A stretch of DNA of 12,869 nt from Candidatus Eiseniibacteriota bacterium (GTDB taxonomy: Bacteria; Eisenbacteria; RBG-16-71-46; CAZEPH01), in contig JBGATO010000090.1 of assembly GCA_044229145.1 (NCBI GenBank), positions 1 to 12,869 of the forward strand. Direction: 5' to 3'. A program made the position numbers and the translations under genes. Of the stretch, positions 1 to 7,814 are shown in pieces. The notes beneath the pieces were generated by a model. It made no database searches and was not told the DNA's origin. It was given only the letters and a program-made list of their open reading frames with translations. Position 1 is the first letter of the stretch, and each line of letters starts with the position of its first letter.

Positions 1-1432
1 CAGCGGCGCGTTCGCGGCCGCGCTGCGCCGCGTCGTGCGGCCGCGGGGCGCCCGCCGCGCCGCCGTCGAGCGCAGCCTCCACGGCTTCCTCCACCGTCGC
101 CACGCGCTGCACGCGTAAGCCTTTCACCGTGTCGACGTCCGCGGTGCGCGGCACCAACGCCGTCGTGAAGCCGAGACGCGCCGCCTCGGCGAGCCGCTTC
201 TCGAGTTGCGTCACGCTGCGCACTTCGCCGCCGAGGCCGACCTCGCCGATGGCCACCAGCCCTTCGCGCACCGCGACGTTGCGCCACGACGACGTCACCG
301 CGAGCAAGACGGCAAGGTCCGCCGCCGGCTCGTCGAGCCGGAAGCCACCCGCCACATTGACGAACACGTCGAGCCCGGCGAGCGACAATCCCGCGCGCTT
401 CTCCAGCACCGCGAGCAACACGCCGAGCCGCGTGCGGTCGAGTCCGGTCGCGATGCGCTGCGGCATCGCGTACACCGTCTGCGACGCCAGCGCCTGCACT
501 TCGACGAGCAGCGCCCGCGTGCCTTCGAGCACCGGCGCGATCGCCGAGCCCGGCGCCGCCTCGCGGCGCTCCGCCAGCAACACCGCCGACGGATTCCCGA
601 CCTCGCGCATGCCGCTGTCGCGCATCTCGAACAGCCCGATCTCGTTCGTCGACCCGAAGCGGTTCTTCACCGCGCGCAGCAGGCGATAGTTGGCGTAGCG
701 TTCGCCTTCGAGATAGAGCACCGCGTCCACCATGTGCTCGAGCACGCGCGGACCGGCCACCGCGCCGTCCTTGGTGACGTGGCCGACGAGCAGAGTCGTG
801 AGCGTGTCGCGCTTGGCACGCGTCATCAGCGCGAGCGCACACTCGCGCACCTGCGACACGCTGCCCGGCGCCGACGGAATGTCGGGGCGATAGAGCGTCT
901 GGATCGAGTCGATCACGCAGATCGCCGGTTTCGCCATGCTGAGCGTGTTGCCGACGACATCGAGGTCGGTCTCGCAGAGGATCTGCAACGACGGCGCGAT
1001 GGCGCCCAGCCGTTCGGCGCGCAGGCGAATCTGCGCCGCGCTTTCCTCACCCGTGACGTAGACGACGCTGTGTCCGCGCGCCGCGAGATCCATGAGCGTT
1101 TGCAGCAGCAGTGTCGACTTGCCGATGCCGGGCTCACCGCCGACGAGCACCAAGCTGCCGGGCACCAAGCCGCCGCCGAGCACCGTGTCGAGTTCGTGCT
1201 GGCCCGTGGGAATGCGCGTGGTCGCGGTGATCTCGACGTCGGCGAGGGTTTGCAGGACGCCGCCGGCGCCCCCGCCGCCGTTCGCCGCCCAGCGCGCCGC
1301 GGCCGGCTTCACCGGCGCGCGCTCCTCCAACACCGCCGAGTTCCACGCCGCGCAATCCGGGCAGCGGCCAAACCACTTCGGATTCTCGGATCCGCACTCC
1401 TGACAGACGTAAACTGCCTTCTTCCCCGCCAT
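1..1432 (-). CDS. radA: DNA repair protein RadA/Sms (3' end outside window)
   Basis: Manual translation from ATG at 1432 gives MAGKKAVYVCQECGSENPKWFGRCPDCAAWNS (C4 zinc finger), Walker A GGEPGIGKST, VIDSIQ, GHVTKDGAVAGPRVLEHMVD, the signature KNRFG, and a Lon-like C-terminus (GEVGLGGEVR). There is no stop codon before position 1. Confidence 0.97.
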   Translation of the reverse strand, partial: MAGKKAVYVCQECGSENPKWFGRCPDCAAWNSAVLEERAPVKPAAARWAANGGGGAGGVLQTLADVEITATTRIPTGQHELDTVLGGGLVPGSLVLVGGEPGIGKSTLLLQTLMDLAARGHSVVYVTGEESAAQIRLRAERLGAIAPSLQILCETDLDVVGNTLSMAKPAICVIDSIQTLYRPDIPSAPGSVSQVRECALALMTRAKRDTLTTLLVGHVTKDGAVAGPRVLEHMVDAVLYLEGERYANYRLLRAVKNRFGSTNEIGLFEMRDSGMREVGNPSAVLLAERREAAPGSAIAPVLEGTRALLVEVQALASQTVYAMPQRIATGLDRTRLGVLLAVLEKRAGLSLAGLDVFVNVAGGFRLDEPAADLAVLLAVTSSWRNVAVREGLVAIGEVGLGGEVRSVTQLEKRLAEAARLGFTTALVPRTADVDTVKGLRVQRVATVEEAVEAALDGGAAGAPRPHDAAQRGRERAA

Positions 1433-1470
1433 CCCTTGCCTCATCTCACCGCTGCCCGTGTGTGTAGCGG

Positions 1471-1499
1471 AGCGTAGAGGGTGCGCGGTGGGGCGTCAA
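1471..1499 (-). promoter_or_regulatory. Candidate sigma70-type promoter for radA
   Basis: The minus strand reads TTGACG (1499-1494), a 17-nt spacer, then TACGCT (1476-1471), about 40 nt upstream of the ATG. Confidence 0.6.
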
Positions 1500-1521
1500 T
1501 TGCGTGGCCCGGCGGAATCGA

Positions 1522-1550
1522 TTGCGGCGGGACCGCGCGAGCCGCATTCT
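1522..1550 (+). promoter_or_regulatory. Weak candidate promoter for the DUF3224-dioxygenase operon
   Basis: TTGCGG-N17-CATTCT, followed by the SD GGAGGA at 1565-1570. Confidence 0.3.
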
Positions 1551-1577
1551 GGAGGTTCGTCCTTGGAGGAACCGGCT

Positions 1578-1991
1578 GTGTCCACCCACCTCATCGTCCC
1601 GTTCGACGTCACCGGCTGGGAGCAAACCGCCTACGACACCGAAGCACCCGGCCCGCGCCTGTTCCGCGTGACCGTCCGCAAAACCTACCGCGGCGAACTG
1701 GCGGGCGACGGCGTCGCCGAGTTGCTGATGTGCGTGGCCGACGAGGACGACCTCGGCGCCGGCGCCGGCTACGTCGTCAGCGAGCGGATCGTCGGCGCGC
1801 TGGACGGACGCGCCGGCAGCTTCGTGATCCAGCATTGGGGCGTGAGCGGCGACGGCGTGCAGGCAACCGCCGGCCACGTCGTACCGGGCAGCGGCACCGA
1901 CGAACTGCAAGGGTTGCGCGGGACGGTCGCGGTCTCGGTCGCGGACGATGGCGCACACTCGTTGACGTTCGATTACGAGTTGCCGGCATGA
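1578..1991 (+). CDS. DUF3224-like small beta-barrel protein (137 aa)
   Basis: GTG start 7 nt after GGAGGA. Motifs FDVTGWEQ, KTYRGELAG, YVVSERIVGALDGRAGSFVIQH and VVPGSGTDELQGLRG resemble DUF3224. Confidence 0.85.
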   Translation: MSTHLIVPFDVTGWEQTAYDTEAPGPRLFRVTVRKTYRGELAGDGVAELLMCVADEDDLGAGAGYVVSERIVGALDGRAGSFVIQHWGVSGDGVQATAGHVVPGSGTDELQGLRGTVAVSVADDGAHSLTFDYELPA

Positions 1992-2647
1992 ACCGGCGCG
2001 CGGCACTGAAAGTCCTCGGCGGCACCGCCGCCGGCGTCGCAGTGGCCGGCGTCGGCGGCCTCGTCTGGCTCAAGCGGTGGGCCGATCCGCACACGCCGCT
2101 CGACTACGCCTTCCCCGCGGGTGCCGGATTCGTGCCGACGCGCGGCGCCGCGCACTTGCAGCCGACCGACGCCGAAACCGAAGGCCCGTTCTACACGCCG
2201 CACACGCCGCTGCGCACCGCGATCGCGGAGGCGGGCACACCCGGAACGCCTCTCGCCATCGCCGGCCGCGTCGTGACGACCGACGGACGGCCGATCCGCG
2301 GCGCCGTTCTCGACGTCTGGAACTGCGACGGCCGCGGCGTCTACGACAACGACGGCTTCAACCTGCGCGGCCACCAATTCACCGACGACGAAGGCCGCTT
2401 TCGCGTGGACACGGTGAAGCCCGCCGACTACCGCATGGCCGGCATCCACCGCACGCCGCACGTCCACATCAAAGCCCAAGGCCCGGGAACGCGGCTCCTC
2501 ACGACCCAACTCTACTTCCCCGGCGAGCCGCTCAACGCCCACGACCGTTTCTTCGACCCCGACCTCGTCGTCGCGATGCAGCCGGCGGAGCCCGGGCGGC
2601 TGGCGGCGGCATTCACGTTCGTGTTGGAGTTGCGCGATTCCCCGTAG
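1988..2647 (+). CDS. Tat-exported intradiol ring-cleavage dioxygenase-family protein (219 aa)
   Basis: ATGA overlap with the upstream stop. N-terminus MNRRAALK plus a hydrophobic stretch. Motifs TEGPFY, GRVVTTDGRPIRGAVLDVWNCDGRGVYD, LRGHQFTD, RTPHVH and LTTQLYFP. Candidate Fe ligands are Y119, Y148, H158 and H160. Confidence 0.9.
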   Translation: MNRRAALKVLGGTAAGVAVAGVGGLVWLKRWADPHTPLDYAFPAGAGFVPTRGAAHLQPTDAETEGPFYTPHTPLRTAIAEAGTPGTPLAIAGRVVTTDGRPIRGAVLDVWNCDGRGVYDNDGFNLRGHQFTDDEGRFRVDTVKPADYRMAGIHRTPHVHIKAQGPGTRLLTTQLYFPGEPLNAHDRFFDPDLVVAMQPAEPGRLAAAFTFVLELRDSP

Positions 2648-2746
2648 CGTTCACCACGGTGAGGGCGTTCGGCGTGGGAACTGTTCGGCGCTCGTGTCGG
2701 GTCCTCCCGCGTTCGCGCACACCGGTCCGCGAATGTCCGTTCCGCG

Positions 2747-4042
2747 TCAACGCTCGCGCAGCGGCAAGCGCAGCACGACGGGCGGCCGGGAGCCGGGCGG
2801 CGACCGCAGCACACCTGCATCGTCGACACGATCCCACCCGCTGTCGCCGAGGAACCACAGGGCCCCGCCAGCGACGACGGCGTGATTGGGCTCACCGAGT
2901 CTGGGTGACCCACTTTCGAGCGTGCGCCACGCGGTGATCGCACCGCCGGATGCGTCGAGCGTCAGCTCCAGCACGCGCCGGGGCTCGGTGCCGTTCTGGA
3001 CCGCGTACAGCCGTCGCCCCACGCGATGCAATCCGTCGATGCCGCCGCTCGCCAGCGTGTAGGGCTTGGGCAGCCAGCGCACCGCGCCATCCGCGAGCCG
3101 CACTTCCGCAATCCCGCGCGCGTAGTCGGCGACATAGAGCCGTGCGCCATCGGCAGCCAGCGCGGCGCCTTGGGGAGAGCGAAAGGCTCCCGGCGCGACC
3201 AGCGTCTCGAACGCGGCCGCCGAAGGGGCAAGACGATAGACCGCGCCCCCGAGCGACTCGCATGCGTACACGGTGCCGTCGGGGGCGACCGTGAAGTCGC
3301 CCAGGATCTGGCGCGCGGCGGCCCGCGGGAGCTCGACGCGCCGCACGATGCGGGCACCGTCCTCCGTCAACGCGAAGACGGCTGTCCGCCCTGAATCGGC
3401 GGCCGTCCATCGCGCACACTCCGGGCCGGCGGCTGTCGATGCCCACACGAGTCCGCGCGCGGCGTCACGCCCCAGCGCGTAGATCCCCCAGGTGTCGGAC
3501 GCGCCGGCGAACCAGTTCTGCGCGTGACCGTCGCGGCCCACGGCGAGGATGGTGCCCCGGTGGATCGAACTCACGAGGAACGAACCGGCGCCCCGGGAAA
3601 GCAGGTCCTCGGCGAGCATCGCAGTGTCCGGCAGCACGATGGCCACCTGCGCCTGCGCCACGGGACGCGCATTCGCCGCGAACAGCGCACCCACCTCACG
3701 GAAATCTGGCTCCTCCCGCCATCGCGTAAAGGCGCTATCGGATGCGAACGGCCGCGCGAGCCCGGTCGCCGCGGCGGCACGCAACCAGCCGAGTGCCAGG
3801 TCGCGCCGGCCGGCACGCGCCTCGAGGCCCGCGAGCGCCCACTGTGCGCCGGCGTGCCCGTGCACCAGCGAGTCGACGCGCGCGAGGTACACGCGTGCGG
3901 CCTCGGAGTCTCCCCGATTCAGCGCCGCGCGCGCGGCCGCGAGGTGCTGCGTCCACGTGCTGTCGGCGGGCGTGGTCGCGCCGGTCGTGGTGGAGAGAAG
4001 GAGCAGCGGAAGTGCGAGCAACAGGGCGGGAATCGTGCGCAT
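2747..4042 (-). CDS. Secreted protein with short TPR-like N-terminal helices and an SMP-30/gluconolactonase-like beta-propeller (431 aa)
   Basis: Signal peptide MRTIPALLLALPLLLLSTTTGA. The helical segment AQWALAGLEARAGRRDLALGWLRAA is followed by propeller-blade motifs LAEDL, LGDFTVAPDGTVY, SPQGAALAADGARLYVADYARG and GIDGL...LYAVQNG. The start was moved from 4096 to 4042 because the signal peptide begins there. Confidence 0.75.
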   Translation of the reverse strand: MRTIPALLLALPLLLLSTTTGATTPADSTWTQHLAAARAALNRGDSEAARVYLARVDSLVHGHAGAQWALAGLEARAGRRDLALGWLRAAAATGLARPFASDSAFTRWREEPDFREVGALFAANARPVAQAQVAIVLPDTAMLAEDLLSRGAGSFLVSSIHRGTILAVGRDGHAQNWFAGASDTWGIYALGRDAARGLVWASTAAGPECARWTAADSGRTAVFALTEDGARIVRRVELPRAAARQILGDFTVAPDGTVYACESLGGAVYRLAPSAAAFETLVAPGAFRSPQGAALAADGARLYVADYARGIAEVRLADGAVRWLPKPYTLASGGIDGLHRVGRRLYAVQNGTEPRRVLELTLDASGGAITAWRTLESGSPRLGEPNHAVVAGGALWFLGDSGWDRVDDAGVLRSPPGSRPPVVLRLPLRER

Positions 4043-4335
4043 TCCGACAGTGTGCGCGGCCGGCCAGGCGGGGCGCAAGCGTGCGTGCGTCTGCAAGCGC
4101 CGCGCTCCCGCGAACGGCGGCCGGCACGATCGACTGGTGTCCGGCCGGACACTCTTCCGGTCCGGCCGGCCGCAACGACACCTAATCCAGCTGCCAACGC
4201 GAAATCACTTGTCCTACCCGGAACCTGAGTCTAGCGTTGAGCTGCAACCGATCGTAGCACCTCAACGGGGCCCCTGGGTCACGGACGGCCCGCTCTCTGG
4301 AGCCCCTCTCGTTCCGTCGCTGGAAGGGAGGCCCC

Positions 4336-6663
4336 ATGCTACTCGGAACCACGCGCATGTTCCTCGGCGCCTGCACCGCATTTCTCGCACTCGCTTCTCC
4401 CGCACACGCCCTTCTCGATCGCGCGACCGCGCGCACGCTCGCAACGTCCGCGGCCATTTCGGGCAGTCCAACCGAATCATCGCTGTTCGCCTACCTCTAC
4501 CGCTCGTCGGCCGCGGACAGCGTGCTCGAACCCGGAGAACGGGTCGACTCGCGCGACCACGCCCACGCGGTCGATGTCACGGTCGGTGTCCCGACGTACT
4601 TCGTGTACATCGACGATCATCCGATGGCCATGTTCGAGCACCCGGTCCGCTACGTCCTCATCGACGCGGTCACCGGCGCGACGTCGGTGTTCGCGGCGAA
4701 GAGTTATCCGCGCATCGACGGCCTCGAGGAGCCGTACGCGCTGACGCAAGATCGCGTCGAGTCGCCTGATTTGTTCTGGGGCAATCCGATGATGCCGCCG
4801 ATGCCGACGGCGCGATCACGGACGCCCGTGCGGCAACCGCCGGTCATCACAGCGGGAGGCACCTGCGGCATCGTCGTCGCCGGTCCGCCGAAAGCCGATC
4901 ATACCGCCGCCGAAGACAAAGCCCTCGCCAACGCGGAGCAAAACGCCAAGGACTTCCTGGCCAATCGCGGCGTCGCGATGGTGACGACGATCCATCCCAA
5001 GGGCGCGACGGAAATGAACGACGCGCTCAAGGCCGCGGGGATGGGCAAGGACAAGCTGTGGGTCTACTACGTCGGACATGGCTGGACCGACAACGGCGAG
5101 ACGGGTCCGGGCTTCGATGGCGCGCCGACGCAGGATGAGGAGTCGTGCACCTGGAAGGCCGTCGCGTGCAGCCTCATGGCAAGCGGCGCGAAGAACGTGT
5201 GCGTGGTGATCGAGGCCTGTCACTCCGGTGGCGCCATCGCGCAGTTCCAGATGAAGGGGCTGACGGGCAACATCTTCACCAGCTGCGATGCGGAAAGTTC
5301 GTCGGGCTACTGGTGGGAAACCGATCCCATGGGCAAGGTCACGAAAGCCGTTGCCCACTACTCCGCGGCCCTGCTGGCCTGCGCCAAGGACTCCGCCGCC
5401 GACAGCAATCACGATCACAAGGTCGACACCAATGAAGCGCACACGTGGGCCAGCAAGGACGCGACCGTTGCCGGACAGAAGCCGCCGGCCATGGGGCTGT
5501 TGTCGACGCTGCGCGCCGCGTTTCGCCGGCAGATCCTCATCCCCGGAAGCCTCGCGCCGTCCTCCACGTGGGTTCCCACCGGCATGGCGGCCGATGCGCG
5601 CACCCGTCAGGTGTCCTGCTTGTTCGTGCCGCGGTTCACGCCGTCTCTCGGCGCCCGCGTGATCACCGGCGCGGTGGATCCGCCGGTTCCGATGTTCGGC
5701 ATTCAGTGCGCGCTCCCGCCCGTCGCGCCGTACACGGACCTGGCGGCCGGGTTGTCGCCGGGGAACGAGTTCCTTACCGGCTCGCTCAATGGATTCACGC
5801 GATTCGTCGGCTGCACGTACATGGGCCAGTATCCGTTCGGGCCGTTCGACGCGGTCATGAGCGACGCCGCGGGAAGCCAGCTGGCATATGCCGTCGTGTC
5901 GAACGGCGCGGGCCAAGTGCTGCAGCAATACTCGATCGCGAGCGGATCGCCGGTTCCCACCGGCGTGGTGGCGTCGATCTGGCACACGATGTCCCAGAAC
6001 GGCATTCCGATCACGGTTCGGGACATGGACAAGGTGCCGCTCGGCACCTATTCGACGCTGGGGTTCTACGACGTGCTCTTCACGCTCGGGCATGCGGTGG
6101 ACGCAACGATCGAATATCACACGTTGATGAACAATTTCGATGGAACGTGGGCGGCGCTCAACGCCGGCACGACCGCCCTCGCGGAAGTGTCGGACGGCGT
6201 CGGCCTCGGCGCCTTGCCGAGCCTCGGGGCCGCGCGCACCGATCCGGAGCCCGCGCTGGTGCGTTTGTACGTCCTCGATGGTCTGGCGAGCGGAGCGGAT
6301 TGGCGCATTCTCGAGTACGACGTGCTCGGGCTGACGACGTCTGGCGAAGTCGGCGTGCCGGAAGAGTTGGCGCCCGCAGCGTGGCTCCAGCCGCCGTCTC
6401 CGAACCCCGCACGCGATCGCGTCTTGCTGACGTTCGCGCTTGCGCCGGGTGGCGGTACCGCGGATCTCGCGCTCTACGACGTGACGGGTCGTCGCGTGCG
6501 TTCGCTAGTGCACAATCCGACCGCGGCGGGCTCCAGCGTCGCGGTATGGGATGGGCTCCTCGACTCCGGCGAACGTGCCGCTCCGGGAATCTACTTCGCG
6601 CGCCTCGGTCTCGTGGGCCAGTCTGCGAGCATCGCGGCGCAGCGCATCGTCTGGATGAAGTAG
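4336..6663 (+). CDS. Secreted clan CD cysteine peptidase (C13/caspase-like) with C-terminal T9SS-CTD/FlgD-Ig-like domain (775 aa)
   Basis: SD GGGAGG and a signal peptide ending SPAHA. Dyad motifs LWVYYVGHG (H248) and VCVVIEACHSGG (C295). DSNHDHKVDTNE Ca-binding-like loop. C-terminus PSPNPARD...LALYDVTGRRVRSL...VWDG...GERAAPGIYFARL. Confidence 0.8.
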   Translation: MLLGTTRMFLGACTAFLALASPAHALLDRATARTLATSAAISGSPTESSLFAYLYRSSAADSVLEPGERVDSRDHAHAVDVTVGVPTYFVYIDDHPMAMFEHPVRYVLIDAVTGATSVFAAKSYPRIDGLEEPYALTQDRVESPDLFWGNPMMPPMPTARSRTPVRQPPVITAGGTCGIVVAGPPKADHTAAEDKALANAEQNAKDFLANRGVAMVTTIHPKGATEMNDALKAAGMGKDKLWVYYVGHGWTDNGETGPGFDGAPTQDEESCTWKAVACSLMASGAKNVCVVIEACHSGGAIAQFQMKGLTGNIFTSCDAESSSGYWWETDPMGKVTKAVAHYSAALLACAKDSAADSNHDHKVDTNEAHTWASKDATVAGQKPPAMGLLSTLRAAFRRQILIPGSLAPSSTWVPTGMAADARTRQVSCLFVPRFTPSLGARVITGAVDPPVPMFGIQCALPPVAPYTDLAAGLSPGNEFLTGSLNGFTRFVGCTYMGQYPFGPFDAVMSDAAGSQLAYAVVSNGAGQVLQQYSIASGSPVPTGVVASIWHTMSQNGIPITVRDMDKVPLGTYSTLGFYDVLFTLGHAVDATIEYHTLMNNFDGTWAALNAGTTALAEVSDGVGLGALPSLGAARTDPEPALVRLYVLDGLASGADWRILEYDVLGLTTSGEVGVPEELAPAAWLQPPSPNPARDRVLLTFALAPGGGTADLALYDVTGRRVRSLVHNPTAAGSSVAVWDGLLDSGERAAPGIYFARLGLVGQSASIAAQRIVWMK

Positions 6664-6670
6664 CCGCAAG

Positions 6671-6713
6671 GGGCGGTGGCACGGAGCGTGGTGCAAGGCT
6701 CCTGCCGCCGCCC
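6671..6713 (+). terminator. Long GC hairpin just after the peptidase stop (terminator or mRNA-stabilising)
   Basis: GGGCGGTGGCA-C-GGAGC pairs with GCTCC-TGCCGCCGCCC (16 bp, one G-U pair, one bulge, 10-nt loop). It lies between convergent genes and has no good U-tract. Confidence 0.5.
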
Positions 6714-6811
6714 GCATTCCACACAGCAGCGTGCCTCAGAGGGCAGTTCGTCGCGAGGTCGCCGGGTGGCCCTCCCCGTTACTGGGCAGGGCACTACGTG
6801 CGGGCGTTCTG

Positions 6812-7279
6812 CTAGCCAAGGTTGCGCGTGAGGTACACGCTGTGCGGATCGTCACGATACGCGGCGAACGGCGCGCACGGCACGAAGCCAGCGCGTTCGT
6901 ACAGCCGGTGCGCTGGCGCGAAGAACGGCGCGGCGCCGGTTTCGAGACTGACTCGCGAGTAGCCGCGGCGGCGCGCTTCGTCCAGCAAGAACTCCAACAT
7001 GCGGGTGGCGACGCCTTGGCGTTGCGCGGCGCGCGCGGTGCGCATCGACTTGATCTCGGCGTGCGCGGCGTCGAGGCGTTGCAGCGCGCCGCATCCGGCG
7101 AGCGTGTCGCCGCGCCACAGCGTCCACACCTGCACGCCGGGCGCGAAGAGTCCGTCGAGATCGAGCGCATGCTGACTGTCGCGCGGCGACGCAGCCTCCA
7201 ACGCGCCGGCATGCTCTTCCAGCAGCGCAGCGAGCGCATCGGTCGGCGCGGTTTCCGCGCGAATCGTCCAGTCGGTCAT
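6812..7279 (-). CDS. GNAT family N-acetyltransferase (YsnE-like)
   Basis: HALDLDGL, GCGALQRL, AEIKSMRT, acetyl-CoA motif QRQGVA, SLETG, LYERAGF and PFAAYRDDPHS. Confidence 0.92.
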   Translation of the reverse strand: MTDWTIRAETAPTDALAALLEEHAGALEAASPRDSQHALDLDGLFAPGVQVWTLWRGDTLAGCGALQRLDAAHAEIKSMRTARAAQRQGVATRMLEFLLDEARRRGYSRVSLETGAAPFFAPAHRLYERAGFVPCAPFAAYRDDPHSVYLTRNLG

Positions 7280-7301
7280 GGGCTCAGTGTTGGCGTGCCT
7301 C

Positions 7302-7670
7302 TCACGCCATCGAGTGCAAGCCGATCATGTTGCCTTCGGTATCGCGCGCCAACGCAACGAAGCCGAACTCCCCGATCGCGAACTTCTCCTGCACTAGCGT
7401 GCCGCCGGCCGCGTTGATGCGCGACGCTTCCACCGCGCAATCGTCGCAGCTGAAGTACACGACGACGCTGTTGGCGCCCGCCGGAACCGCCGGATGCTGC
7501 ACCAGTGAACCCGGCGTACCGTAGGTGGACGGATCGCCCGGGAACGCCCACATCGGGAAGCCGGCCGGGATTTGCGTGAGCGTCGTGGCGAACACGGTCT
7601 CGTAGAACGCCTTCGCGCGGTCGATGTCCGCGACGTAGATTTCGAACCAGCCGACGGGGTTGTTGCGCAT
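7302..7670 (-). CDS. VOC/glyoxalase-bleomycin resistance family protein
   Basis: NPVGWFEIYVADIDRAKAFYETVF, VVYFSCDD, AAGG and DTEGNMIGLHS. SD AAGGAG upstream. A 22-nt gap to the GNAT gene suggests co-transcription. Confidence 0.93.
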   Translation of the reverse strand: MRNNPVGWFEIYVADIDRAKAFYETVFATTLTQIPAGFPMWAFPGDPSTYGTPGSLVQHPAVPAGANSVVVYFSCDDCAVEASRINAAGGTLVQEKFAIGEFGFVALARDTEGNMIGLHSMA

Positions 7671-7747
7671 GGCGACGACTCCTTGGGTGTGGGCGAGCGA
7701 ACCGCGCGGGAAGTGTACGCGGCGGCGCGCTCCGCCGCACGGCCTTC

Positions 7748-7776
7748 GTGACGGGCACGCGGCGCCGGGCTACACT
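7748..7776 (+). promoter_or_regulatory. Candidate promoter for the Asp-box protein gene
   Basis: GTGACG-N17-TACACT. A second TACACT on the minus strand (7717-7712) could serve the divergent VOC gene. Confidence 0.45.
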
Positions 7777-7814
7777 GCGCCGTCCATCCGCCCACTCTCC
7801 ATCGAGGATCGACC

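Noticed and set aside
206..1477. 423-aa plus-strand ORF (also 129..689)
   Set aside because: Antisense shadow of radA. It is Arg/His-rich with no recognisable motifs.
1481..1987. N-terminal 169-aa extension of the dioxygenase ORF in the track
   Set aside because: It overlaps the DUF3224 gene out of frame. The Tat leader marks the true start at 1988.
4270..4335. Known riboswitch (e.g. c-di-GMP-I) in the peptidase leader
   Set aside because: It lacks the GGCAAAC/GAAA tetraloop-receptor consensus, so it is kept only as a generic structured leader.
4180..6663. Horizontal acquisition of the peptidase locus
   Set aside because: GC looks only modestly lower in two 60-nt spot counts (58% and 67%), which amino-acid composition could explain. 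No integrase, tRNA or flanking direct repeats were seen.
6766..6794. Second imperfect hairpin downstream of the GNAT gene
   Set aside because: A short mismatched GC stem without a U-tract, not distinguishable from background.
4816..6815. 434-aa (-) and 456-aa (+) ORFs overlapping the peptidase
   Set aside because: Alternative-frame ORFs of low complexity with no SD or domain signal.
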